In this document: one piece after another, positions 1-17,755 of the stretch
Layout: each line of letters opens with the position of its first letter
How positions within the stretch are numbered: the first letter of the stretch is position 1
From: the human T2T-CHM13v2.0 reference genome, Homo sapiens
Length of the DNA: 64,000 nucleotides
Assembly: GCF_009914755.1 (NCBI RefSeq)
Contig: NC_060939.1
Strand: one strand, 5' to 3'
The notes under the pieces: model-generated
Databases searched by the model: none
What the model saw: only the letters and a program-made list of their open reading frames with translations
What the model was told of the DNA's origin: nothing
Program-made: the position numbers and the translations under genes

Positions 1-1140
1 CCAAGGCTTAGAGAGGTTAAATTACTTGCCACTTGTCACACAGCTAATAAAGTAGCCAAGCCTGCTCTCAGACCCAGGTCTGCCTGACTCTAGGCCCATA
101 TTCCTCCCATCATGTTCTTCTGCCTCCCCCTCTTCTCCTGAACTCTTCTCATTTTAAGGACTTCATTCTTCCCTCCTAAGCTCTGGTAATTTAATATGAC
201 AGCCTGGGAGTTACACACTTTTATGGAAGTGCTGACACATTTCCGACCTCTTGCACAGTGCAGTTGCCTTTCCCAGAAGCACATCTCTCTGGAGCGGGAG
301 GCAGCAGCCCAGAAATGCTGTATCAGGAGGAAAATTGACAGAGTTGGAAGTTTCTAAGTGGGATGCAGACCAGTGCTCTTCAGATTGTTCTGTGCTGTGA
401 CCTTTTCCTGTGGCGCACGTTTTGTCCACTGTAGACAGAGTGAGGGCTTCTCTATCACAGAGAGCATTGTGCTGTGAAGGGCCAGCTTTGTAATAGTAAA
501 AGAGGAGAGGCAAAGGGGAGAGGGACAACAGGCCTGACTCCGTGGTGGCCGCAGGAATTGGGCTCCAGTCACTTGCTTAACACTGAGAAAAAGAAGACAG
601 GAGTGTTTTTGCTCTTAAGGCTCTTCCTTTCTAGTGGAGAACATTAAATTAACACCCAAAAAACAGAGTATGATGAAACAGTAAATTGTGAGGTACTATG
701 TACTAACAAGCTCAGCAGAAGGAAAGCCCAGTGAATGCTAGAGGAGGGATTTTAGCCACAGTTTGCAGAAAAGGAGGCAGGCATCCTGCTAGAAAAAGTT
801 CATGTGCTAGGAGGAGGTTTTGTCTTCATCAGCCTTCATTTTCAAAAAATGATTGGGAAATTGTTTCTGGCTCCTTGATATTCTTAAAATTTCTCCAGAA
901 CTGTTACTTTGAGGAATAATCATATGGATTTTGAGAGAAAGTTTTTAAAAAATTATCAAGCTTTTCACATTTTAGGATTAAAAGGGAGCTTAGAGAACAT
1001 TAGATTAAATTCTTCACCCAATGCAAGAATCCCTTCTACAGCATCTTTGACAGATAGTTGTCCACATTCTCCTTGATTGCTTCTGGTGACAGGGAGCTTA
1101 ATACCCCAAGAGAAACCTCTTCTGCTGTCTAACAGTTTTA

Positions 1141-1451
1141 TAAATTTTATTTTATTTTATTTATTTTTTTTGAGATGGAGTCTTGCTCTGTCGCCCAGGC
1201 TGGAGTGCAGTGGCATGATCTCGGCTCACTGCAACCTCCGCCTCCTGGGTTCAAGTGATTCTCCTGCCTTAGCCTCCTGAGTAGCTGGGATTACAGGTGC
1301 ATGCCACCATGCCCGGCTAATTTTTGCATTTTTAGTAGAGACGGGATTTCACCATGTTGGTCAGGTTGGTCTCGAACTCCCGACCTTGTGATCTGCCTGC
1401 CTCGGCCTCCCAAAGTGCTGGGATTACGGGCGTGAGCCACTGCGCCCGGCC
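1141..1451 (-). mobile_element. AluS
   Basis: Antisense dimeric Alu with a T-rich tail. Confidence 0.9.
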
Positions 1452-1459
1452 AGTTTTAT

Positions 1460-1765
1460 TTAATTTATTTTTTTTATTTTTGAGAGACAGTCTTGCTCTA
1501 TGACCCAGGCTGCAACGCAGTGGCACAGTCCTAGCTTACTGCAACCTTGAACTCCTGGGCTCAAGCAATCTTCCCACCTCAGCCTCCTGAGTAGCTAGGA
1601 CTACAGGTGTGCACCACCACACCTGGCTCATTTTTAAAAATTTTTTGTGGAGACGGGGTGTCACTCTGTTGCCCAAGCTGGTGTCTAACTTCTGGTCTCA
1701 AGCAATCCTCCTGCCTTGGCCTTTCAAAGCCTTGGGATTATAGGCATGAGCCACTGCACCCAGCC
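1460..1765 (-). mobile_element. AluJ
   Basis: Diverged antisense Alu with gggctcaagcaatc motifs. Confidence 0.85.
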
Positions 1766-2706
1766 AGACAGCTTTAATTAATAGACAACCTTCCTCTATT
1801 AAACCAATATCTGTTTCTCTGTGACTCATTAGTGGGCCTCCCAGATGTCTCTGGTATTCCCTTGGTAGGAATTTTTTTAATCCATAGACCAGAGTGGTAC
1901 AGAAAAGATACAGATAAATACAGATTTGTTTTGGTATGCTAATAACTCCCTGATTGATCCCACAATTTAGCAACTCCTAAGCAGTGTTAAAAAAGCTAGT
2001 TCTGCCTCAGGTTTGGATGTCCACAAAAGAGCCTCTGTGAGCTATCCACAGAGTAGTAACCTGCTCCAAGGAGCAGATGGCACATGTCTTGTCCCTGGTT
2101 TCCTAGTCCCAGGCTGCACGCCCAGCTGATGGAGAGGACCCAGTCATCCAACATGGAGACCCGGCTGGATACCATGAAGGTGCTGGCCAAGCTCTGCTGA
2201 CGTGACTTTTGCTACTGAGTTCATCAACATGGATGGCATCATTGTGCTGACGAGGCTTGTGGAAAATGGAACCAAACTCCTGTCCCAGTGAGTATGACTA
2301 AGGTCTCATTCCAGAGACTTCAGTGATTTACTACATCCCACAGGGCATCCTAGTCTCATTTCCATCAAGTCACATAAGGAGTTTATTGAATACCACCTAT
2401 GTACAGAGCAGTGTGCAAAGCACTAGAGTCCATACCGAGACATATAATTCCGTGTTGTTCTTCTAAATCTTGTAGTATAGTTGGGCTCTCACAAATTAAA
2501 TAATAGTACAAAACAATACTGTGCCAAGTGAGCAGTGAAAATAGGGGCTAGAGAAGTCAGTAGGAGAGCGGTCAGGTTGTGACAGACCTGTTAATTGCTG
2601 GAAATGCTTGGTCTGATGAGGGTTACTGAGCACATGGTCCAATATGTCCCAGGTGTGTGTCCATCTGTAACCACCCCCTGCTCCCTCTCTCTCAAGTCAC
2701 CTTCCA

Positions 2707-2742
2707 CCACACACACAACACACACACACACACACACACACA
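2707..2742. repeat. (CA)n microsatellite
   Basis: Direct reading. Confidence 0.9.
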
Positions 2743-3780
2743 GCTTCGTTTGTGTTTACCACAGGTTACAACCTACCAAGTCACCATCTCCCTGCCACAC
2801 TTTTGCACAGGGAGGAGGAGACCAGAACTTTATGATACCCACAAACATTTTCATCATACCCCAGAGTTGACATGCATGAGGTGGGCAGCTGTGCCTTGTG
2901 AAGAGCAGTCAGTAAACAGGTGCTTGGAGCCTACGCTGCCAAAGAGGGAATCAGAAATCTTCTCAGCCCGTAGATGAACTATGGAAATTTTCAGCCAAAT
3001 CAAGTAACTAATCATAGATATTTGTTTTACATCTTGGATCTTCCAGCTGTACTCAAGTCCTGAAGCCTTCAGCTGCCATCAGCACTGACACAGTTCTACA
3101 GTCTCCCGAGAGTGCAGGGTTAGACTGGCCTTAGTTTCCCTCTCTTTAGCCTGAGGATAATAATAGCTACCTTGCAGTATTATTGTGAGAAGTATTGTTA
3201 ATGAGACTGTGTCTGAACATGCTTTGTAAATGGGAATATCATCTGTTAATTCTAGAGCACTGTACAGATATATAAAGGAGAAGAGAGAAAAGAGAAAACA
3301 TTTTAATCCTTATTCTCTATCAGCACTAGAATAAGTGCTTTGCATACATCATCATCTTGCCCTCTCCACAATCCTGTGAGGTTAACGCTGTGAGACTAAC
3401 TTGATTTTACAGAGGAAGACATTGAGTTTTGAAAAGATAAAATTTGCTTGGTTAGTAAGGTGGACAAGAACTGAGCCCATCTCTTGCACTCTACTGCCTC
3501 TTGGCCCAAAGGTTAACATGGCACTTATGCCTCCTTAGGTTCCCCCAATAGGTGCTGGAGTTTGACAAGGGTCCGATGTCTTCTTTGGTCTTGAGAAATA
3601 GATAAGTGATTCTGTGTCCCTAGGATGAAGCACATAGAGAAGAAAGGTCTGATCAGCCAGCAGCATTTTTTTTGGCAGTGATAGATACCTGGGCTGAACC
3701 TGCTCTACTTGCTAGGTGTGCGCACAGGCACTTACAGTTACAGTTGCATCGACTGATTTCCCATGGGGTGTTCACATTAA

Positions 3781-4102
<322 letters not shown>

Positions 4103-5037
4103 AAAATTCATCTTTTTTGTGGCTGCCCTCACACCTGTGTTTCCCAGTCTGCATCTTTGTCCATTTTGTGTGTGTCTCAGCTACAGTGATATGCTGGCAT
4201 TCACCCTGACTGCCTTCCTAGAGCTCATGGACCATGGCATTGTCTCCTGGGACATGGTTTCAATCACCTTTATTAAGCAGGTGAGGCATCCAACATTCTG
4301 TCTTTCTCTCCTCCCTCAGCTGCCAGTTCACAGGGTTTAAGGGGAGATACAAGCAATATCGCTATTTTGGTGATATCAGCTTTATATTCCCTGGGGCCAG
4401 ATTTTTCATCCTCAAGTTCTGGTCTTTTGTGGCTTCTGAAAGATGTGGATTTTGTTATACTCTCAGGGCCTGCACTGAGATGGAACTGGACCGTCAGAAC
4501 TAAATATGATCAAAGTAGAGTTAGGTTGTCAGTGAGACTGGGGATAAAGCCAGCCAGTCAACCAGGACTATCCCTGAGTCTTTTGACTGACTTCCTGAGC
4601 TCTCTCTTCTCTTTGGATTAAAAAAAAATGTGCATTTCATTTGCAAATCTGCCTTCTATTTACAAATCTGCAAGGTAGCCTGTTTGTATTGTCAGACTAA
4701 GCTCAGTGGGTAGGAGAGGGTACTTCTGGTTTTACCTTCCTTTCTTTTATACAAAGGAGCAGTGTCAATTCAGAAAACTGAATTAAAACCATTGAATAAT
4801 ACTCTCTCTGCTGCCCTAGAACTTCACTTATCATTGGCTTAGGACATTGGGACTCCCCGACCCTGGACACAAGTGAAATGACCATGTGTCAGGTATATTA
4901 TAATGGGGATTGAGAAGAAGGATTAGAGTAAAAGGCTTCAAGGTCCTTTCTACCTCTCAAAGTCTTAAGTGTGTTTAGGGAGAATGTGTGTCAGGGGAGG
5001 AATACATGGAGATAAAATGAGATCCCAGTATGAGTAA

Positions 5038-5341
<304 letters not shown>

Positions 5342-6954
5342 ATCTTCTGCTTTTTTATACCCCACTTTCTCATGCTGGAACTCTTATTTTGATAAAAAGA
5401 ATTAAGCTTTTAGATTTTGAGGAAACACAATTAAGTGGATACTATAATCTGAAATTAAGGTATCCATGCCAAGGGAATCCCTGGCACATTGGCCAGGGTA
5501 GCCGTAAACCAGGTACCACTGTCCACCTAGCAATAGCTGCCCAAATGTGAAGCAGAGAGAGCTCCAAGGGCTAGCATCAGATGCTAAGCTTCTATCTTTC
5601 TTAGGCCCTGAGCTTCTCAATTGATGTGCCATCTCTGGGCCTAGATTGCAGGGTATGTGAGCGAGCCCACGGTGGATGTTTCAGTCCTTCAGAGGTCCCT
5701 GGCCATCCTGGAGAGCATAGTCCACACCAGAAGATACCAGAGTCTGTACCAGAAGATAGCTGAGGAAATCACCATGGGACAGCTCATCTCACACTTCCAG
5801 GTGTGAGTAAAAGACCCTACACCCCTACACCTCCCTCCCTTCACTTGTCTGTCCTCGTCTCTCCTCTTATTTGAAGTCTTCCAATCCTACTCTGCTTTGC
5901 TTATATTCCAAGCTGCTGGTTGGCTTCTTCATTCATCGCCTCTTCCACACTCCTGCCAGAATTTCTACCATCATTCAGACCTCATCATGTCATGCTCCTG
6001 CCTAAAATCCTCTGTAACTCTCTCTGCCCCTTAGGTTAAAATGAAGATTTTCCCAGTCTTCCCATACTGCCCTAGTACCAGGCAAAATTAGATGCTTCCT
6101 CCCCACATGAGCCCAGTAGTCTGTTTGTACCTATGATAATTATATAAAATACTGGATTTTTATTATCTGTTGCCCATTTTGAACATAGAGCCCCCTAGAA
6201 ACAGAGATCAATCATTGTCATATCCCCTGTTTTATTAGTACTTGTTGAATGAATGCTTACTGAACTGATGATGCGCTGTGGGTGATTGTAAGAAGTATCA
6301 CACAGGGCGTGAGTTTGGAATATCAATTCAAATCCAGGCTCTTCTGCATACTGGGTCTCTGCTATCAGCAAGTAACCTAGTCTCTTCTGGCCTCAGTTTC
6401 TTCATCTCTAGACTAGGTTAATCATCTTCACTTCTCACGTGAGGATCAAAGGAGATTTTAAAAAAGTCTAGCATAGTGGCCAGCACAGGTTAAGTATTCA
6501 GTAAATTCAGGGGCTTTTTGCTTTTGTTTGTTAAGACTCTCATCACATCCTAAAACATTTTACCAGTAATGAAACCATATGACAAATGAACCCATTGGAG
6601 TTATGTTTCTCCTGTCTTCATTGTTTTTACTTCCTGTCCAACCAACCTACACCAGGTAAGGAAGCTGGACTTTGCAGAACAGCGGTGGCACTACTGATGA
6701 TTCTGTTCTGACTGTTGTTCACTTCTGTCTTTTTGGATATTGTCAGAATGTTGCCAGAATCCCCCCACCAGTTTGAGGGGAAGTCATAGCTCCCAGATTT
6801 GGGAGGTTATAGTGACCCTGTTTTCACTCAGCTATGTTCCCAACTTGTTTCTCCCCACTAATCCAAGTAAAAAGGAAGCACAATTATTTCTTTGCAACTC
6901 TGATTTCTCCTTGTCACTTTTAAGAAATTTTCAGCCTCAGCTTTCTTTGCCTTT

Positions 6955-7548
<594 letters not shown>

Positions 7549-9028
7549 AGCCTCAGCTTTCATACCCAGTGAGCCACCAAGGTTGATGAAGATGAGAGGG
7601 ATATTATAAACTCCAGATAGAGAATTCTGATTTTCCTGTAACCTCACGTCTACCTCTGTTTTTTTGTCTCTGAATTCGGAGTGGCCCTAGTTGCCTCCCT
7701 AGGGTCGATACGGGAACATGGCATTTCACAGGGGCCAATCGTGAATACTTTCAGCCCACAGCTGTCGCCAGAACCTATATGCTTTCCTATTTGGGCTGAG
7801 GGACACTTCGTGCCCTCTGGTAGACTCTCTGGGTACCCTGTGACTAACCAGGAAGCCCATCAGCCCCTCTGGAAAGACAGCCACAGAATGCTCCCAAGAC
7901 ATGGCAGGTGGAGATGTCAAGTACTGAGATTGTAAGATTCCAGGGAATGATTGTAGTTATTTTGTTTGTTCATAATAAAATAAGTTTATAGTCAAGACTT
8001 TAAAAATACAGAAAAACCCAAAAATAAATTATTTGCCCATTATCTCACCTCCAGACATACCCACTGTTAAACATTAAATATCCCTTCAGTATTTTTTATG
8101 CATATTTTTAACAAAATTGGGATCTTATTATATATACTATGTGTACCTTGATTTTTTTTAACTGAATAATATATCTTGAACATTTCTCCATGTCAAAGAT
8201 TTTTCTAAAAGGTAGTTCTAAGTCTTTTTTGCAACCTAGACACCTTTGAAAATCTGGTTAACAAGTATGTACTCTCACCAGTTTGGAGAAAATACCACTT
8301 CGTCAGCAAACTACATAGAATAATTTCTGTATCATTCCTGGGGTTCACAGATACTCTAAGCCCATCCCTGAATCCCAGGTTAAGAATGTTTATTTACCCT
8401 AAAACATGACTTTTAATAACTACTTAAGATTCTCATATATATAAACAGTTGGCTACTGTGATCATTTGGATTACTTTCCATTCTTTTTTAAGTTGTACTT
8501 TAGTGAAATGCCTTGTCAGTAAATCTTGCATAGCTCTCTGATTACTGTCTTAGGATAAGTTTCTATTAGTGAAATTGCTGGGTCAAGAGCATGTCCACTT
8601 TGGATGCTTTTGAGACTTAGCTCCAGGTCATTATTTGCTTATAATCTGTAAATGATTGTTTTAAACTATCTCTAAGCATCATCTTGCTGTTCAGTCTTCT
8701 AATCTCCCTGTGCCGTCTTTCTCCATTGACATAGCTCCAGACAGGAGATTCAGACCTACGCCATTGCACTGATTAATGCACTTTTTCTGAAGCCTCCCGA
8801 GGACTAGAGACAGATCTGTGGCTGCCTTTTCACATTTTTCATCTGGGCTCTTCTGAGAGAAGAATTCTCACCCCACGTACTCTTTGCTGTTCAGAGAGCA
8901 CAAATCCAGGCATTTTCCCAAGAGTCCTTCCTCCTAGCCCTCTGGTCTAGAGCCCAGCAGGGTGGCTTTGCTAAGGAAGACCCAGGGAAGAACTATGAGG
9001 AGAAACCAGCTGGATCTTAGATGAGATT

Positions 9029-9243
9029 AGGGCCCTTCAAACTTTTTCCTCTAAAGGGCCAGAGAATAAACATGTTTGACTTTATGGGCCATATGGCCTA
9101 TGTGATAGCTACTCAACCTTGCCATTGTAGCCAGAAGCAGCCTCAGACAGTAGGTAAATGAATGGGTATGGCTGTCTTCCAATAAAATCTTATTTACAAA
9201 AACAGGCAACAAGCCTAATATGGCCATAGTTTGCCAACTCCTG
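9029..9243. mobile_element. MER58A-like hAT DNA transposon
   Basis: Motifs aaagggccaga...actcaacc...aataaaa..ttatttacaaaaacagg...tagtttgccaactcctg match the recalled consensus. Confidence 0.7.
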
Positions 9244-10291
9244 GGTTAGAGGATCAAGAATAAGGAAGAAGAGACCCTGTGGGTACCCTGAGTCCAAGGG
9301 CTCCAATATAAATGGGACTTCACACTAAGTTTTATGTTTAAAGGTTCTCTGATGCAGATTCTAAACATCTTCTTTCGCCTGTTCATTAACTGTGACATTA
9401 TGCAAATAGCTCTGCCTCTGTGAACCTTAGTTTCCTCACCTGTCACATGGCAGCAACAACATCTGCCTTGTTTAGCTCACAAGGGTGTCTGAGGAAAAAC
9501 AAGCTCCCTGTTTCACAGATGAGGAAACTAAGAATCAGCTGGGTGGTGGAACAAGCCCTGACCTAAGAGCCAAGGGGCCTGGAACTAAGTACTCTCCCTG
9601 CTGCTGGCTGGGCAAGTGCTTGTAACCTCTTTGGGTCTCAGTTTCTCTTTTTGTAAAATGAAAGGGCCAGTTTAAATGATCTTTGACAGCCCTTCCAACA
9701 CTAACATTCTAGATTTCTCTGAGAAAAGCCCAAGTGGTGTTAAAAGTAAGACGTTTTAGTTCTCTGACAATCTTATGGGCTCAGTAAGATGAAATCTAAG
9801 TGGGATCATGTATGTACCCAGCTCTTGGTAGATTCTAGAGGGAAGACCAAAAGCATCTGTGGTTCTTTCTGTCCTTGTCTTTGGTGGATGGCTTGGCTCT
9901 GTTAATCTTCCTTCCTGGTCCTTGTTTGAATGTAAGCTGAAAGCTCATTCCGTCTGCTTCTCTCTATGCTTTTGCTTTCTGCCGGCAGGACAAGCACCTT
10001 AATCCTCTAGACCTGCCTGTCACTGTAAGTAACACCATTATGTGGAAAGGGCCCTGGCTCTTCCAGGTGGGGAAGTCAAACCTGGGCAAAAATCTCATGG
10101 TCTGATCTAGATGTTCAGGGCATGCCAAGACCCAGGGAAAGTTTGTGTGCTGTGAATCTCCTTTGTCAGGACACTTAGGGAAGTACTGCAGATGAGAGTC
10201 ACAGAAAGGATTAAGGGGGTACATGCCCCAGGGAGTATGGCCCCAGCCTTCCTTTGAAACTTGCCTTTGCATGGGTCTGTGGTTCAACTAG

Positions 10292-12710
<2,419 letters not shown>

Positions 12711-14994
12711 CAGCTGTGACTTTGATCTAGACAATACCATGGATGCGTCACCTTCTTACTTGCTTTAGCGGAGTAAAGCAAGCTTTTGCTTTACAAAAGC
12801 TTTACAGAGAAGCTTTTGGTCTTAAGACCTTTGTATTCTGGCTGCAGACCACTGTCAATTACACATTTTGTGAGTTGTCCATAGCAAGATTTAATCTCAG
12901 TTGACCTCCTAGGGTTAACCAAAGAAGTTTCTAGGCCACTATCCTCCTCTGCCAGCCAGTATGTATTCATTGAATGCGAAGTAAAATTTAATGTTCCTGG
13001 CAGCATCAGCCATTTGGAAAGTGGCTAGAAATCCAGAAGTGAGAGAGAGGGGCCTTTCAGCTCTGAGAAGAATGACACAGAGCTCACAGATACTACTCCG
13101 TAGGAGAGGTGTGACAGCTCCCTCAGGCCCATTGATTTAGGATTCTCTATAAAATTAAATGAAGGCAGCAGTTTAGGAAATGAAGTCATAGTAATTAACA
13201 TTAGTAAGAAGTGATGGGCAACATTGGAAGGAGGAGACAGAAGAATTATGAAAAGCTGTCAGAAGAATTAAAGGCATTGTAATCTGGGACCATTTTGTTT
13301 ATGGGAAAAGAGCTTCACATCTCAATAGCTCCTCAGGGTATCACAGTGTCACAACACAGAATAATCACTGATGTTCTTTTTGATGAAGCCGACTCCTTAG
13401 CACTGACTAAATTATAATCACTGTAGTCACTTCAGAAATAAAGAAATGTATATATCTTTAAAAGATTTGCATAAGAATGGTCAAAATAATGGTTCTGAGA
13501 GAACCCTTAAAGCTTTGCTCCCTGGAAGATTGATTTATGTAGGATACTTGATTTCCTGGGTGGGCTAAATAAATAAAGCATAACTGTCAAAATCTGGATC
13601 AAATATTATAAAAAAGGTGAGCCTGTTATAAAAAATTACCCAAAGCGCCTGACCCATTGTTCTCTAAGCCAGTTAGAACTGAATCCTAGACTACTTACTG
13701 TTGTAGAGCGTCCAGGCCCCAGCCCGTCTGCTGTAGGGTGGGACGGGGTTGCTGGACCAAAGTCCCTCTTTGGAGTCAGTGCTTCACCAGAGTTCCTTCT
13801 AGCCTTAGCGGTGGGGTCTGCCTGGCATGATGCGTGTGGCTTGGAAACCATCATGCTGCTCTGTGTCCATGTGCAATGTCCTTGTGACACAAGCGTCTCA
13901 TTTTCAAGCAGTCCACATCTCTTTTTGAAGACAGTGCAGTTGATTGTGCCGTTAGGAAGGGAAATCCTATTTGAATTAATTTGCACTCACAAAAATGGGG
14001 AATGTTTCAGAGTGTAAAATACATTTGATGGTCAGTGGATTTTCATTCATTCACCCACTTTTCATTTGGGAGGAAAAAAATTTAAGAAAGTGAAAAAGGA
14101 CCGGAGTTACGACATCAGCTTCCTCTCGATAGTACCGACGCACAGAGGAACCTAATCAATAGGTAAATACCTCTCGAACTGAAGAGCTTTTTCCTGTGAT
14201 CCTCTGTGAGCAAAGTTGCCTTGAGGCAGCCATCTCGCCAGCAATTGCAGCGCCTCCAGGGAGGGACCAAAGCCAGCTCTACTGTTTGTAGCCCTGCAAA
14301 TCTAGAATTTTTATCCAGAGGGAATATGTTAAAATAGGCATGAAAAGGGAAAGTAACTCATCCAGCTGACACTGATTAAAAACCTGAATTGTTTAGGGCA
14401 CTGACAGAACTAAGTAATCAAATGTATTTGCTCTCAAAGACCTTCTGGGCCGGTAGGAAAGACTAGTGATCATAGTGCGGTGTGATCCAGGTTTGTGGTC
14501 TGGGAAAGGATGGAGGAGGAACAGTAAGTTCTGTCTTGAAGTGTTTCTGGAAACATTTAGAGGAATGTCTTCAGACGAGCCTTGGAGGATGAGTAGGCAG
14601 ACTAGGAATAACAGGAATTTCAGCCAGAGGGTGGCTAGAACCCAGAAGGAGTGTGTCGATTAGGCACAGGGCAAGGAGCAAGTGGGTGAGGAGCTGGAGA
14701 GGTAGCGAGGACCAGATCAGGAAAGGCCTTAGTCTCATTCCTAAGGACAGCTGAGGGCATTTAATTAAGTTGGTGAAATATCTAGATTTGCATTTTAGAA
14801 AGAGCACAGGAAAGACCTGTGTAGCTAATGGGTCCCTGAGGGAGGAGAGCAGAGCAGGAGTTGGCAGGTGGATCTGGAAAGAGGTGTAAATCCCTGTTAC
14901 CGCCTGTGGGGTGGAGTAGGGCCAATGTTGGGAGGTGGGGCCAGTGGGAGTGGAGGAGGAGAGCCAAGGATCTGAATTAAAAGGAGGCAACTTT

Positions 14995-15290
<296 letters not shown>

Positions 15291-15584
15291 GCAAGTTTAT
15301 CAATTGTCAGAAACAAGGGAAACCTGTGAGACCACAGTGAAGGGAATAAAATGAAAAATTAGAAGATTAGAAGTCAAGTGTAAGATTTAAGCTAAAGATG
15401 GACTTAGGAGTCAGCAAGCCCCTCCTCTGCCATTTTCCAATCTTTGATCTTGAGCAATTCACGTAACTTCTCTAGACTTCAATTTGCTCATCTGGATATG
15501 AGGACTAAGTGAGCCAATGTATATACCACGCTTAGCAGGGTGCCTGGCACTCAGTAAGCCACTTTTTCCATTTTTTTCCCCTAA

Positions 15585-15892
<308 letters not shown>

Positions 15893-16108
15893 CAAATATT
15901 TCATTTTCAAGGCTGGAGGAGTTTGAGGGCTCATGGATATTTCCTGCTGTTTACTGGGGAGAAATATATTGGATGAGCTCATTACAAATTTCTATAATTA
16001 TAATCTCTAAAAACTTAAAGTAGTTAATGCTAATTTACTTTAATCGTTATCAGACTGTATTTATAGCGACAGATTTTAGGATTCACAGATTTTAGTATAG
16101 ACAATTCA

Positions 16109-16405
16109 AGCTGGGCACAATTGTATGCGCCTGTAGCCCCAGTTACTTGGGAGGCTGTGGCTGGAGGATTGCATGAATCTAGGAGTTCAAGGCCAGCCTG
16201 GGCAACATGGTGGGACCCCATATCTCTCTCTCTCTCTTTTTTTTTTTTGAGATGGAGTCTGTCTGTTGCCCAGGCTGGAGTGCAGTGGTGCGATCTTGAC
16301 TCACTGCAACCTCTGCCTCCTGGTTCAAGCAATTCTCATGCCTCAGCCTCCCGAGTAACTGGGGTTACAGGCATGAGCCACTGCAGCTGGCTAATTTTTG
16401 TAGAA
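16109..16405. mobile_element. FLAM-like sense monomer (about 16109-16225) joined tail-to-tail to an antisense Alu right arm
   Basis: 7SL/Alu-monomer motifs, then (CT)n-Tn, then an antisense Alu fragment. Confidence 0.7.
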
Positions 16406-16739
16406 AGATACAGAACAATTCCAGTTTCCCAAAAAATGACCTTGTGCTGCTTTTTTCTTAGGCAAACCACCCTCCATCCCAGTCCCTGGCAATCACTGAT
16501 GTCTTCTCTGCCCCTATAGCTTTAGCTTTTCCAGAATGTCATATAAATGTGATCATACTGCATATAATCTTTGCAGCTGGTTTCTTTCACTTAATACAGT
16601 GCAGTTGAGGTTCATCCATGTCACTGCATGTATCAGTAGTTCATTACTGCAGAGTACTGTTTCATTATGTAGATGTACCACAGTTTCTTTATTCATGTAC
16701 ACATTGAAGGACATGTGAACTGTTTTCGGTTTTTGACTA

Positions 16740-17075
16740 TAGGTTAAATATCCCTTATCCAAGATGCTTGAGACCAGAAGTGTTTCAGATTTCAGTGTTT
16801 TAGGATCTTGCAATATTTGTATATACATAATGAGATAGCTTGGGGATGGGACCCAAGTCTAAGCACAAAATTTATTTATGTTTCATATACACCTTGTATA
16901 AAATAAGGCGAAGGTAATTTCATACAATATTTTAAATATTTTCAGTGCATGAAACAAAGTTTGTGTTAAGTACTTATGTGTGGAATTTTCCACTTGCATC
17001 ATGTCAGTGCTCAAAAAGTTTTGGATTTGGGAGCATTACAGATTTCAGATTTTTGGATTTGGGATACTCAATCTG
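16740..17075. mobile_element. Tigger4/MER46-like TcMar DNA transposon
   Basis: Inverted termini aggttaaatatccc ... gggatactcaatctg, with TA flanks. Confidence 0.75.
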
Positions 17076-17441
17076 TATTATAACTAAATATTGCTATCAA
17101 TTTTTGTGTACAAGATTCTCTGTGAACTTAAGTTTTTATTTCATTAGGATACTTAGAAGTAGGATGGTTGAGGCATATATGATAGGTATGTATTGAACAT
17201 TTTAATGAAACTGCCAAACTGTTTTCCAGGATTCCTGTGCCATTTCTGCATTTCCACTAGCAATGTATGAAAAACTTCAATTGCTTCACATACTCACCAT
17301 TTTTCATGCTAGTCATTCTAATAAGTTCATAGTTATAGTCAGTATGATTTTAATTTGCACTACTGTAATGATTATGATATTGAGCATCCTTGCATTTATT
17401 TATTTGACAGATACTTTTTTTGGTGAAATGTCTGTTTAAAT

Positions 17442-17755
<314 letters not shown>

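Noticed and set aside
12830-14400. Repeat-poor block as a gene or enhancer
   Set aside because: No recognisable peptide or exon; origin cannot be assigned without a search
16109-16405. Source of the 58.7-61.1 kb array (similar monomer-(CT)n-Tn-antisense Alu layout)
   Set aside because: Different monomer type, none of the private variants, no spacer and no A>G pattern; probably independent
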